A DNA stretch of 64,000 nucleotides from Ranitomeya imitator (GCF_032444005.1 NC_091282.1:492094001-492158000), one strand, 5' to 3'. Shown: positions 1-13,663, counted from the stretch's first letter. Made by a program: numbers and translations. The notes: generated by a model not told the origin, from the letters alone.

Positions 1-1312
1 GATGCTGCTGTGTGATTATCAAATTTCTACTGTGGATGAATCGATCATCAGTCAACTACCTGTGTTACTATCCTTACATTTTTCTACCAATAGTAGTCTA
101 TGAATCTGATGTTTGTGGCACCTAAATGTGGCTGAGCAGAAAACAGTTTGAACTGTTGCATGAAGTATCCGGGCTCTAGTCAAGGAAAAGTGATGCTACT
201 TTAGTGGTCTGTGGCAATATTTTTTTTAAATGTGGAAATTCCAAGTTGGGTCTCCATCTGATGGGTTGCCTGTAGTGGAAGGGATGTCAGAGCCAAATTA
301 TATTATTTCTACTCTATGGAAATTGATATCACTTTAGTGGTGTGTGGCAATAATTTTTTGAAATGTGGAGACTCCAAGTTTAGTCTACTTCATGTGTGCT
401 GCCTGTAGCTGTAGGGCTCCCAGACCGGCAGGCCTGCACTTACTTTCAGTCAGCTACCTGTGTTACTATACTTAATGTTTCTAACAATCGTAGTCTACGA
501 AGCTGATATTTGTGCCACCTGAGTGTGGTTGAGCAAAAAAGCAGTTTGAGCTGTTGCATGAGGTATCAGGGCCCCCAGCACAGCAGGCTTACACCAGTCC
601 CTCACCCACCTCGTCTTATTTTAGAGTTAAATTCAAATCTGTAAATGCTGGCCCAGACCCCGATACCTCATGCATGGCCCATGGTTGACTGCTGCTGTGC
701 CATTATCAAGTTTCTACTGTGGGTCAATTGATGCCACTTTTCCTGGTGGCTGCCCCTAATTTTTGGAAATGTTTGGACTCCAAGTTGGGTGTCCTTCATG
801 TGTGTTGTCTGATCTTGGCAGGTCTCTCAGAGCACGAGGCCTACACTTGTCACGTATCCACCTGTTACTGATTAATGTTTAAGCTAGAAATGCTGGTCCA
901 AGCGAAAGATGTGATGAACCATAGTTAATTTATGTTTTAAAGGGAGAGGAGCAATAACTTTTTCACACAGGGCCCTGTAGGTTTGGATTTTTTCCCCCTT
1001 AATAATAAAGAGCATCATTTATAAACTGCATTTTGTGTTTACTTGTGTTATCTTTGTCTAATATTTAAATTTGTTTGGTGATCTGAAACATTTAAGTGTG
1101 ACAGATATGCCAAAGAATAGGAAATCAGAAACAGGGCAAACACTTTTTCACACAACCGTATGTGGCATTGTTGTGTTCATAAAAGACCAATCTACCAAAA
1201 TCTAAAATTAATTAACTCAATCAGTAAACGCCTTATTGAAACAAAAGAATGTCAGAACTGTGTTTTTTCAGTCCCCATAACTCTTGGACAAAGGGCAATA
1301 AAAAACTATTAA

Positions 1313-1767
1313 CCCCTTTACCCCCAAGGGTGGTTTGCATGTTAATGACCGGCCAATTTTTACAATTCTGACCACTGTCCCTTTATGAGGTTATAACTCT
1401 GGAACGCTTCAACGGATCCTGGTGATTTTGACACTGTTTTCTCGTGACATATTGTACTTCATGTTAGTGGTAAAATTTCCTTGACATTACTTGAATTTAT
1501 TTGTGGAAAAAATTAAAATTTATAAAATTTTGCAATTTTTCAAATTTGAATTTTCATGCCCTTATTTTTTTTTTTGTTCTGTTTTTCAGTACATTGAAGA
1601 GGACATGGTAAAATGAATGGTAAAATGAATGGTACCATTCAAAACTACAACTCCAGCAAAAAGCAATCCCTTATATCAGCTGTATACAAATAGAAGTTAT
1701 TGCTCTTGAAAGAAGGGAAGAAAAAAAACAAAAGCGCAAGTTAGAAAAAAAACATTTTGGGAAAGGG
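1313..1767. mobile_element. Internally deleted piggyBac-type element
   Basis: TTAA-CCCCTTTACCCCCAAGGG...GAAAGGG-TTAA; its left end is nearly identical to 16476 onward. Confidence 0.75.
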
Positions 1768-4700
1768 TTAAAATAAAAAAAAACCTCCTGAATCGGTGCT
1801 GTTCCAGCAATATTGGTGCTCTTGTGACATCAGTCAATTAGTGGAGCAGCTGCAGCGTTTAATAAATACTTTGAGAATTAACTCTTATTACTTTTGTGCT
1901 TCATTAAAAGCATAAAGACAATAAAGCACAAAACTAAAGACAAAGCGGAACAGAGTTTTAAAGCTTGATATTAAAATGTGAACAAAAAAGGGGGACTCTC
2001 TTTCACATTATGCTGTCTCTTTAAGCCTAATAAATACAAACCCAGGAAGGAATACCAATGCATCTTATCTTGGTTCGCACATATTCTAAATTCTTATCAG
2101 AGACTGTACATTCTTTCCTGATGAATGGAAATGGCAAAGTATTGGTTAGCCATCTGTATAAATAGAACATATAGTCTGTTAGTTTTCAGTGTTACTGCAG
2201 GAAAACAAGTTCCCTTTATCCAGTTAATAAAATAGTGTATCCATATCAGGGACAGACACTGACAGCTTGGGGCCCTGTGCAAGAAATGCTTGTGCTCCTT
2301 TTTTATGGTGACCAAGCTACAGATATACACTTTTTCCCCTCTGTCAATTCTCATTATTACACATAACTTAATTTATGGACATCTATGGTTTGATTTCTTT
2401 GCCTGTGTTGATTAGATGGGTTGTTATCAACATCTAATTTCTTGTCATAAATTTCATGTCAATAGCACCTTTAGAAATACTGTATATTTACTTGGAAAAT
2501 TAGTGAAATGTTCAATACCTATTTCACCTAATGTTTATATATTACATAGTCTCCTTTCATTATGTATCATATTTTTGCAGACTATAAGATGCACTGGACC
2601 ATAAGACTCACCCTGTAAGGTTCTCGGTCTCTTTGTTATATCTGCTGTGATTTTCTGTTATTGTAACCTGGTTTTTCCGTCGGCCATTTTGCTTTGTCCT
2701 GCTGCAGCTACTTTGCCCTGAGTCAGTATGGAGTTTCTAGCTTCTATGTTTCCGCCCTGTTCTCTGCCTATTGCCTTTATAAGCAGCCTCAGCTGTTCAA
2801 TCAGTGCTTCTGAATCATGTCTGCAGTCAGCCTGTTATCTGCTCCTGGAAGCCTTGGAATCTCCATCTACTACTGAGGATCTCTGGGACACTTGTAGACA
2901 CTGGAACTCTGCAGCATGCTAATCTACATTTGCAAGGGAAGTAACAGAGAGAGACTTGGAACCAGTTTGTGCGTTATTTTGAACTTAATGTTTACTCTGA
3001 CCTGCCTTGTCACCTGCCTGTCTACCTGCAATTGTGTGAAGCCTTTTTCCCTGTGACATACTTGTATGCAGTAATACAAGCAAGTTATAACTGAACCTCT
3101 GTCTCCTGTGTCTTCCTCGTACCCAAGCAAAAAAAAAAGTTTTAATAAAATGGAGGGCCGTCCTGTAATCTGACTTTACAGTATCTTACCATGTGGGGCT
3201 GCAGCAGTGGTTCAGGGTAACAAGAGGTAGGGTTCCTGCTCAGAAAGCCGGTGGCGGCAGTGGTTGTCCTGGTCATGCAAGGTAACAGATCCCTTGGCTT
3301 CAGTAAAATGTCTGCCATGAGGCAGGAGTAGAATCTCCACCCTGCGCATTGATTTCCTGGCAGTGGTCCTCAGGAAAATGACACCTTAGCCGAGATCTCA
3401 ATCTGTGCATGCGCCACCAGAGGTGGCCATTTTCTGGCAGACCACCACCGGGAAATAAATGCACAGGGTGGGGACTCTGCCTCATGGCCGACATTTTATT
3501 AAAGCCCATGGATCCATAGCTTTGCAGCCAAGGGCCTGCAGCATTGCCCTACTTCTGCCTCTGCCGGCTTCCTGCAGCAGGGACCCTGCCTTCTGTGACC
3601 CTGATCCACCGCCGCTGCCCCATCACGGTAAGCTACATTTGGACAATAAGATGCTCCCAGATTTGGGGGGAAAAAGTGCCCTTCCTTGTTATGTATAGCA
3701 CTGGTCCTTATGCATTAAACTATCTTGTTACTTTTGTTATTTATAGTGCTTTCTTTCTTTATTTCATAGCGTTACCTCTTGTTAGATAATTAAATGATTG
3801 ATGATGTAACATGGTAAACATTCTTTTTTAGTTTATATCTAACAAGAGAGGACTATGTAAGAATGACAGACCGCTGAGAATAACAAAAATTATAATTTTT
3901 TATAATTTGTTATGTAAGGGACGGTGCTGTACATAAGATAATACTATGGAATAATGGACGGCGCTGTACATAACAATAGAGGACGCTATATAATAAGGGA
4001 CCAACCCATACGTAACTAAAGAGAATGCCACATAGTAAAGGCTAGTGTTATATATGATAAATGAAGAAAACTATGTAATTAAGGAAGGTGCTATATATAG
4101 GTGCTTCTCCCAAAATTAGAATATCATCAAAAAGTTAATTTATTTCAGTTCTCCAATACAAAAGTTAAACTCATATAGTATATAAAGTCATTACAAACAG
4201 AGTGATCTATTTCAAGTGTTTATTTCTGTTAATGTTGATGATTATGGCTTACAGCCAATAAAAACCTAAAAATCAATATCTCAGTAAATTAGCTGTCTCC
4301 TCCCACCAAGTCTGCTCCCTTTTGCGCACGCTCCGCTCTCCCTGAGCTAACTACTCCCCCTGCTGCTGAGTTCAAAGGTTGGTTCGGTTGCTTAAGCTTT
4401 CCCCCGGACAACAGAGGAGACAGCCCTGACAGTTCCAGACCCGGTGCAAGAATGGCACCGCCAGCCCGCTCCCTCTGCTTACAAAGTAACCATAGAAACA
4501 TCTGACTAAAAGATCTAAAAATACTGAAGCAGCAAACTTTGTGAAAACCAAAATATGTGTCAATCTGAAAACTTTTGGCCACCACTGTACAAGTTCAGAG
4601 AAGTCTGGCAAGAAGTGATTGTCATGAAAAATTACAGCCAAAAAGCAATACCTTTGACATGCAAACTGTAAAGTCTGCCTGAGGACACAGGCTCAAAAGG

Positions 4701-7615
4701 GCTGCCTTGGACAGACTTGGCACAAGCCACTCTATTTGGCAGACTCCAGAGAAATCCCAATACCCTCATAGATCGTAAGATTGGTATCTGAGTTATGTGT
4801 TATTCTGTAATGTCTATTGTCTGTACAAGTCCCCTCTAAAATGTAAAGTGCTGCAGAATATATTGGCGCTATAGAAATAACATTTATAATAATTATTATT
4901 TTAACCCCTGCACAGTGATCTGGGTTTACAATAGGACACAGTGTAGTGCTACCATGGAAGGGCTGCCATCCAGAGGTAGGAATTGTTGCCAAGCAGGGTC
5001 AGGGCTGAAATGTCATGTCAAAGAGAAAATTAGGATCTGTAAGAATGGTAAAAAGCAAACCAGGGTCAAAACAAGAATATACTAAATCAAACAGGAGCAG
5101 AAGATGCACACATATCCAAGGAAACACTAAGCTATATCTGGCAACTTCTAGCAGTAAGCTGGAAGCATTAGCAGGGGGTGGTGCTCTCCACTTGGCTTGG
5201 GCAGGGAGCTGATAATTTCAGCTGGAAACACACTCCCTACTGCCAGACTGGAAGGCACTACAGGTCCCAGCCATTCTAACCTTAGTGGCTGGACAGAGCC
5301 CGCAGTCCAGAGCTTCTGGTTCTGACATCTCTTCTATCACTAGTGCAGTCTACACAGTGAATAGGACGGAGCCTGACAACAGAAGCAGAAATCGCAGGAG
5401 CAAATTCTGGTGCCAATGTGACAGAAACAAGGCCAAGCGACTCAACAGTGCACAAAAACACAGGAACTGGGGTATAGAAAAATGTCAGCAGGTACCCTGG
5501 ATTGAAGAGTCAAATGTGACATATTTGGCTGTAACAGAAGGCAGTTTGTTCAATGAAGGGCTGGAGAGCAGTATAATAATGAGTGTTTGCAGGCAACAAT
5601 GAGCATGGTGGAGGCTCATGGCAAGTTTGGGGCTGCAAATGGAGTTGGGCTTTGGTCAAGATTAATGGTGTCCTCAATGCTGAAAAATGCAGACAGATAC
5701 TTACCCATAAGTAAATTAATAAAATATTGGTGGTAGTGGATCACCTGGTACCTTCAATGGGGCATGTGTCATCAGGCCTTGGGGGTGGCATCTATGCAGT
5801 GTAGCCTGCGTTCACTCTGAGGGGGTCCCCTCACAGCTACCAGGCGATCCACTACCACCAATATTTTATTGATTTAGTTTCCTATTGCCTTATATGAAGT
5901 ACCAGCTCATTTCCAGCATATCTTTACTACAGTTCAAGCTTACAAATTGAGAAAAACTCGGTCTTGGGTCGGACTGTTACGAAATCGCTTGGAAAAGATT
6001 TTCTTAGTTTTTTGTCATTTATCACTGTGGTGAACTTGTGTGCAAAGTAATAAACATACATAATTGGAAATAACCCCTACTATTGTGGCGGTATACTATA
6101 TGCTACTATCTTTACTACTATCCTATAAGGTTAAATGAAGAGACAGAAGTTCTTTCAAAACCTGTGTACAAGTGTACCTAAAAGAATTGATGCTTTGTTG
6201 TTGCCTTGAAGGTAAATTGTGGTCACACCAAATATTGATTTGATTTAGATTTCTCTTTTGCTCAGACTCCATTTTAATTAAAAGTTTTTCTTTTAGGGGA
6301 ATAGATAATTCTGTTGTTTCTGCTCCATCCAACATCTGTGGCCCTATTTGTATTGTTGACCCTGCAAAGTTTCCTCAAACAGAAAATAAACTCACTTCTT
6401 TGAACATTAGTACAAAAAGAGGGGGAGGAAAGTAGGAGGAAGCTGAACATTGAAGGGCGTCTCTTCCTCCACCCAGTCACTGGCAGTACAGTGTAGCTTT
6501 GCAGAGACTCTTGCACGTTACTCTTAGGAGGATACATCTCTGAAATCTTGCTTTTACATTGCAAAGCAATGGAGGCGGTGAGTCCTATTCCTAGGATGTG
6601 AAGTGAATGCACTGCTAAAGAAATCCCATTTGCACTCTGCTTAACTTGAAAGTGAGATCTCAGGGGACAGAGCACCTCTTCACAAGAAGCTATGAAGAAC
6701 ACTTGGCATCCTGTCAATAGGTAGGTCTCTATAACGTTCACTTTGTTGCAGCTGTAAATAATGGAAAGTGTTATTATTACTAGTTTCTCATTTAGAAATG
6801 TCTTTCTATCCAATGTGGCCTAGATTAACGGATCTTGAAAACAAGAAATAGCTGCGGCTCACAGGCACTTTGCCAAAATTGTTTGGAAAGCAATGCTCGG
6901 GATCACTTCCTAGAAGAGGCGTTCTCCTTATACATGTGAACATAATGGAATATGTTTTATCCGATCATCTTTGTAACCTAAGCATGCAAAACTACAAAGA
7001 TTATCGTGTAATGCATTACTTCCCAGTACAGTTTTCACAGAGGACAAAATATCACCCCTCCCTATTATACTCCCACAACTATCCCTATACATTAGATTGT
7101 TGCTGCTGCTTTCTTCTGGAGAAGCCCTCAGCAAGTTCCTAAGATCAGCATGGTGCTTCATGAACATTAGTCCAGCTTCACCTATGAGAATATTTAGCAT
7201 ATTTTGGAATATGTCTCTAATTGCACTATGCCTTCATGTACGAAAGATCCAGGGACAAAAAAACTGCTTACTTTCACCAGGATTAAGTCAGCAAGTGGTT
7301 AAAACAGAAATATTACAGGCAGCAGTGAGTAAATGGCTTTTACCTGTTCAATGTTGTGCTCATATCAAGGACACTTCATGATCGGAAATGTCACAACACT
7401 ATTGCCAAATGACTTTAATGGTAACTACGGTGGGATAGGAAGACGTTCCCAGTAGCACATGCCAATGCCGTACAGTAGTTGTGTGGCACATGCCAATGCC
7501 TTACAGCAGTTGTGAGTTTTGGGCCAGAAGTATTTCTTGACATGAATAAAGGAGAATGAAAATCACAATAATTTATTGAATCCATAATTGTTGTTTTCTG
7601 TCTTTGCGAACCCAG

Positions 7616-7713
7616 GATGAAGACTTATCTTTCTGTCTATTACCTGATACAATTCTGTGGCCATTCCTGGATTTTCACCAATTTGACAGCCAGGCTTCTT
7701 TTCTTTGGAAAAG
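7616..7713 (+). CDS. HACD4: HACD4 (very-long-chain 3-hydroxyacyl-CoA dehydratase 4), first visible coding exon
   Basis: Acceptor cccag|G and donor AAAG|gtatt. Translates (R)MKTYLSVYYLIQFCGHSWIFTNLTARLLFFGK, matching the human HACD4 motif YYLIQFCGHSWIFTNM as recalled. Ends in phase 1. Confidence 0.95.
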
Positions 7714-8170
7714 GTATTAATTCTCTACACGTGTTCCCTGAGCGTTGCATAACACATACTGTAACTCCTAACAAGGGGCTGGCAATAAAAAACGATGATT
7801 GCTCGATAATGTATCTAGGATTGCACGCAACATTCATATTTGGAAAAATACACAATGTATTCAAATTAGTCAAAAGTTGCGCTGTAGAAATTGAATCAAT
7901 CACATCAATAATGCATGAGTTAAACTATCTTATTGCCAGGTATATATATATTTTTTTAGCAGTATAGTATATGCTGTGATTTATCATGCATATACCTGGT
8001 ATAAAGAGGGTGAAACATAAGCATGGGTGTGCCATGTCCGACCATCACAGTCAATGGCCCAACAGTGCCTCAATATGTCCCATTTGTACTTTTACAAATG
8101 CACACGCTCAGCCAAAGCCAGACCCAGACCATAATGTCTTTTCTATTTTAGGAACAGACAGGTGGAATTA

Positions 8171-8365
8171 GGCCAAGTTTCACACCTTCAGTATTCGGTC
8201 AGTTTTTTACCTCAGTATTTGTAAGCCAAAACCAGGAGTGGGTGATAAATGCAGAAGTGGTGCATATGTTTCTATTATACTTTTCCTCTAATTGTTACAC
8301 TCCTGTTTTTAGCTACAAATACTGATGTAAAATACTGACCAAATACTGAAGGTGAGAACGGGACC
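8171..8365. mobile_element. PIF/Harbinger-type MITE
   Basis: TTA flanks and imperfect terminal inverted repeats; related to 47264-47770. Confidence 0.75.
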
Positions 8366-9353
8366 TTAATGTGCAAAACGTAGGACCCCTGTGCTTCCAT
8401 TTGTTTCAGTCAGTCTGTGTTGCACAGACATGTTGGTTGTATCCATTTTTTCACATTTTCACGGATACAGCACATACCCATTATAATGCTATTCACATGC
8501 CATGTTTTTTCACTGGCCGTGTTTCCTTGCAAAACACACAGAGACTTGTCTGTTTTTCCCAGGTATCATGATTGAAAAGGGCCAGTACAAGTCTATGGGT
8601 GCATGAAAAACACATTCAGCACATGGATGGCATCAGTGAACCATCAGTGTGTCATCCGTATTTAACACTGCAAAATATCGAAGACTTGTAATTTATTTAT
8701 TTATCCAGCTGTGAAAAACACTACTGGTAAAGATTGAGACACATACTGCACTCTCTCCAAAGAACTGATTAAACCATTTCATTCAAGTGTTTGAACACGG
8801 ACATGTGAATGACACCTTATACAAAGGATCGGGTTTGCACAATAATGCTGTTCCTAAAGCAGAAAAGGCAAATGAAATATCCTAACACAGATATGCAAAA
8901 GTAACTACAGATTTACAGTAGTAAATATGTCCCAAACATCAGAATATGATTTTACACTCAAACATTTCTAACCACACGTATCCTCACACCACAATACACA
9001 ATTACACATACCCACATATTTATACAATTCCAGGTTGGACTGCACCACCTCTAGCACACAAAACTCACAAAAGTCCACATACAATATCACCCTTATATAA
9101 GGCATGGTGTAAATGTATTTGTTTATTTTACTCAGTTACTTACCAAGAAACTAAAACATTTTTTAAATGAAATTAGCTAAATTAGAATAAATGCTTTGCT
9201 ATCTACAGCACTCGCATGAATAGAGCGGAGGTGCATCATTCTTGTGATTGGTGGGGGTCCCGGTGATTGAAAAGTTATTCCCTTTCTGATGGATAGAAAA
9301 TAACTTACAAATTTGGCACAATCCCTTTTATAGGTGTAACGTGAAGTGGGACA

Positions 9354-10108
9354 GTAGTTATGGGCGAGATACTTATATCATACACCCCGGCATGTTACAC
9401 GAAAGAGGAGGTCCTGGCTGGGTGTGTAGATTTGTGCTGTAGGGTTGTAGTTATGGGCGAGGTACTCATATCATACACCCCGGCATGTTACATGAAGAGG
9501 AGGTCCTGGCTGGGTGTGTAGATTTGTGCTGTAGGGCGGTAGTTATGGGCGAGGTACTCTGATCATACACCCCGGCATGTTACATGAAGAGGAGGTCCTG
9601 GCTGGGTGTGTAGATTTGTGCTGTAGGGCGGTAGTTATGGGCGAGGTAGTCATATCATACGCCCCGGCATGTTACATGAAGAGGAGGTCCTGGCTGGGTG
9701 TATAGATTTGTGCTGTAGGGCGGTAGTTATGGGCGAGGTACTCATATCATACGCCCCGGCATGTTACATGAAAGAGGAGGTCCTGGCTGGGTGTATAGAT
9801 TTGTGCTGTAGGGCGGTAGTTATGGGCGAGGTACTCATATCATACGCCCCGGCATGTTACATGAAGAGGAGGTCCTGGCTGGGTGTGTAGATTTGTGCGG
9901 TAGGGCGGTAGTTATGGGCGAGGTACTCATATCATACGTCCCGGCATGTTACATGAAAGAGGAGGTCCTGGCTGGGTGTGTAGATTTGTGCTGTAGGGCG
10001 GTAGTTATGGGCGAGGTACTCATATCATACGCCCCGGCATGTTACATGAAAGAGGAGGTCCTGGCTGGGTGTGTAGATTTGTGCTGTAGGGCGGTAGTTA
10101 TGGGCGAG
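9354..10108. repeat. Minisatellite, 92/93-bp unit, about 8 copies
   Basis: GTAGTTATGGGCGAG recurs at 9354, 9447, 9539, 9631, 9723, 9816, 9908, 10001 and 10094. Confidence 0.97.
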
Positions 10109-10509
10109 GATGCTGGTTTGCCAGGACCTGATGTTTTACAGCTCAATAAGGGAGACCATCAGTCAAAAATAAACTTTTTACTGAACAGGAACTTGGTAGG
10201 GAGTATACTGTATACAGAAGATAGTGGGTGCACAACCTTATGAATGTTTCCTTCACAACCCTGAGCGTTTTCCACAGTTTCAATTCCTTCCTCTTTACTT
10301 GTCCTCTGTATTCACTTTTCTCACTTGGCCATCCGTCTGCTAACAATACATCATAACTTTGCTTAGGTATATAGGTAAAAGGCCTACTAGTTGGAGGTCT
10401 GAGGGTGCAGGCCTTAGGGCCTAGAGCGTACATGCTACAGGTTTACAGATCATCACATTCCAGAGAATTCCAGCAAACTCACTTTTCCAGCATCGGGATG
10501 GTTTTAAAT

Positions 10510-10692
10510 ACCACATGCCTATGTTATTTATTACATTGCTTATATAGCGCGATTAATTCCACAGCGCTTTACAGACATTATCATCGCTGTCCCCACTGGA
10601 GCTCACAATCTAACTTCCCTATCAGTATGTCTTTGGGGTGTGGTGGAAATTGGAGTACCCAGAGGAAACCCACACAAATACGGGGAGAACAT
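10510..10692 (-). mobile_element. SINE remnant with an L2-like tail
   Basis: Reverse complement carries GGGTTTCCTCTGGGTACTCCAATTTCC and ends ...AGCGCTGTGGAATTAATCGCGCTATATAAG. Confidence 0.6.
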
Positions 10693-11502
10693 TGCGGATG
10701 TTAATAAAGTTTTATGATTTTTATAACACCAATTAGCTAAAGCTGTGGTCGCATAATGCATGTGCGGTGTGTGTTTATTGCGATTTTCCAAAAAGGCTAG
10801 AAAAACATGGCCTTTTTGCTGTGTGAACACAGTGTAAAAAAGGTAAACTTGCATTTTTATTGTGTTTTTGAGTGCATTCTTTACAGTGAAGTTTTAGTGT
10901 CGAGTTTTAAATATAACTGCTTTTGTTTTGAATAATTCTTGTTTAGTTTTGTTAAAACTTTAATCATGATAGTTATGTGCACAACACATGCTTTTTAACT
11001 GCACTTTCGCTACAGAATCGCAAAAAAAAGTACGGTATGTGCATTTTTATCTGCAGATTTTCAGCATTTCATTTGTCAGAAAATCTGCAAATAAAGCATA
11101 AATTTCATTACCACAAGAGAATGAAATGGTGCAGATTTCTAAGAAGCACCGCAAGTCAGTTTACTCTGCATAAAAAAACCACAGTGGGCATGTGATTTAC
11201 GTAAATCTCATCCACTTTCCTGGAACTGTAATATGCTTCATTATTTGGGCATGGAAATGTGCAGCCGAAAAAATGCATCATGTCAGTTTCCGCAGCGTAC
11301 AAAAACAGCACAGTGTGCATTAGATTTACACAAATCACATCAACTGTGCTGGAACTGTAATATTCTGCATTTTCTACCCATGAAAATACACAGCTGAAAA
11401 ACGCACCAAATACTCATTGTGGGAACAGCCGTAGAGTCATTCAGACACGCTGTTCATCTTTAGAGGTTTGTCGTCTTGCAGCTATAAACTTTGCTCTTCT
11501 TA

Positions 11503-11908
11503 GGGAGCTTTCACACTGCACTTTTCTGCATGTTCTTTGGTCCCATCGTGGCTTGCGTCCAACACCCCCTGCAAAACAGGAGTTGGACATATGCGCAGAT
11601 GGGGTCATAGACTCATAGACTATAATGCTGCCGGCAGAGCCAACATGCTCTCTGTCATTCATTGTTTTTGGCTGTATACGCCTACTGGAGGTGGACACTC
11701 ATAGTAGATTTCATCCATGTGTCCGCCTCCAGTGGATGTATACGCCCAAAAATAATGCATGATAGAGAGCACACGTTCGCTTTGCCGACCCTATTATAGG
11801 TCTATGGCCCCATTGGCGCATACGTCCGAATCTCATTTTGCAGAATGGGGGGTTCGGACGCAAGCCCCGACGAGACCCTTGTTCAGAAAAGCGCAATGTG
11901 AAAGCGCC
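11503..11908. mobile_element. PIF/Harbinger-type MITE ending about 35 bp before a HACD4 exon
   Basis: GGGAGCTTTCACA...TGTGAAAGCGCC with TTA/TGA flanks. Confidence 0.7.
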
Positions 11909-11942
11909 TGATCACTTCTATTCTAAAATCTACTGTGAACAG

Positions 11943-12070
11943 ATTCTTTTGCAGATACGTTCTATACAATTGGACTAGTAATGCAAGCCTGCCAGCTACT
12001 CTCCGTCCTGGAGCTCCTCCATATTCTAATGGATTTAGAGCAACAATCATTTCTGCCAAAATTTTCTCAG
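11943..12070 (+). CDS. HACD4: HACD4 coding exon
   Basis: aacag|AT...TCTCAG|gtagac, 128 nt. Translates DSFADTFYTIGLVMQACQLLSVLELLHILMDLEQQSFLPKFSQ; phases fit both neighbouring exons. Confidence 0.95.
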
Positions 12071-12627
12071 GTAGACATTTAACTGTTTAATACCTTTGTA
12101 TTTGTCTTGCTGATGGGCCATGTATCGGCAGAATTACTCCCCCCATACCACCTCTAAATTGCACAAATAGAGCACTCATAGCCCGCACCAGACGTACAAG
12201 AACATCAAAGTTCATATATCTTCAATTCTTCATTCACACTTTTTTTTTTTACACAATTGGTGAGCTCTCTATAGAAGCTGAAAAGCCAAGTGTTCAACAC
12301 CAATTAGTAAGTTGGAGCTCCCATGCCTCAATGAAGAATCTGTAACAGATTCCCTCCTCTACTACGTGCCGTTTTTCAACCATTCGTATCTCTGTGTGGT
12401 AGAGAGGTTCCCTAAACCACAAAGACCTGGGTGCAACTCTGTACCCGAGTGCTGAATGTTGCTAAAAAGGATAGGAAGTAGTTTTTCCAACACATTTTTC
12501 ACATGGCGGATATGACCCTTACAAGCTGTTTTCAATTTCATATTTTCTCGTGCAGTTGAGCCTTTTCCTAGCTCTGTGAACTCCGGCCTATGGCAATTGT
12601 GTATTCATGCTCTGCTCTCCTTCATAG

Positions 12628-12740
12628 GTAACCGAAAGACTAATCATCTTGTTTCTGGTAATCAGCAGTCAAGAAGAGGTGCAGAGTAAATGCATAGTGT
12701 GTTTTCTCTTCTTCCTCTGGAATCTGTGGGATGTTATCAG
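12628..12740 (+). CDS. HACD4: HACD4 coding exon
   Basis: ttcatag|GTA...ATCAG|gtaata, 113 nt. Translates VTERLIILFLVISSQEEVQSKCIVCFLFFLWNLWDVIR. Confidence 0.95.
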
Positions 12741-13332
12741 GTAATAAGATTTATCTCCTGATGATGGAACATATTTTCGTGCTGCAACAGATTTTCCTGC
12801 TAATCGTCCTCTAACCTCTACGTTGCACTATTTCTGGCTGTAAAGTGAGTTAATTGAGAATCCAAGTGAGCTCCTTTTGACGGGAAAGTTTATATCTCTA
12901 ATCTTCCTTCTTCGGAGCACTTCTCTGCTGCTTTAAGACCACAAAGGTCAACTCAACTTTCATGTGTTTTTATATATGTTATATGTAAGAGGTTGTTTTT
13001 TTTCAATTAAGCTGAAATCACACCTCCCCTTTTTTTCTCGTCCGCTAACACGGTTCATTTTTCATCAGCGTGCTGGATGTGATTTTGATCCATTTTGTGT
13101 CTGTGTGTCCGTTTTTATCTTCCATGCGTCATCAGTTTTCATCATATGCAAAAAAAAAATAACGAACATTTCCTGAACTTATTAATGAAAGTAAGAGGTA
13201 CAGTCATAGCATTCTTCAGCCTTGTTTTGTCCTCTTAGAAACCAATGAACAACTATCACTTTGTTAGGATACATTATCAATAACAGCCATAGAGGATGAT
13301 TCAAAGTTGGTAGCCAACATCATTCCATATTC

Positions 13333-13663
13333 CAGGTTCATATTGCGTTGGTGCAGTCCGTTCAACGCATGCGTTAAACGGACTGCACCAACGCTAGTGC
13401 CATTTAAAGATCGCGCTATGAGATCGCGATAGCGCAGATGCTCCACCTACGCTAGCGGTGACGGACCCAGAAATGCTGCAGACCGCATCCGAGGGTCCGT
13501 CACAGAATGACGGCACATCGCTAATGCATGCTGATTATGACATGCGTTAGCGATGAACTACATAATGGCAGTCAATGGGTGTGCCAACGCATCCGTTGCA
13601 TGGCGTTAGTGCCGCTGTGTAACGGATGCCGTCAGCACATTGCCATTGACGCAATGTGAACCC
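13333..13663. mobile_element. PIF/Harbinger-type MITE related to 16654-17033
   Basis: GGTTCATATTGCG...CGCAATGTGAACCC-TTA; the left end is degenerate. Confidence 0.7.

Noticed and set aside
6274-6813. 179-aa minus-strand ORF
   Set aside because: Lies in what looks like a decayed Tc1-type remnant; no domain and no splice or phase link to either gene.
9669-10243. ORFs MLHEEEVLAGC...
   Set aside because: Translations of the 92/93-bp minisatellite that change frame with unit length.
13264-13446. ORF ...MNLEYGMMLATNFESSS
   Set aside because: Half of it derives from a MITE; it is antisense in a HACD4 intron with no recognisable homology.
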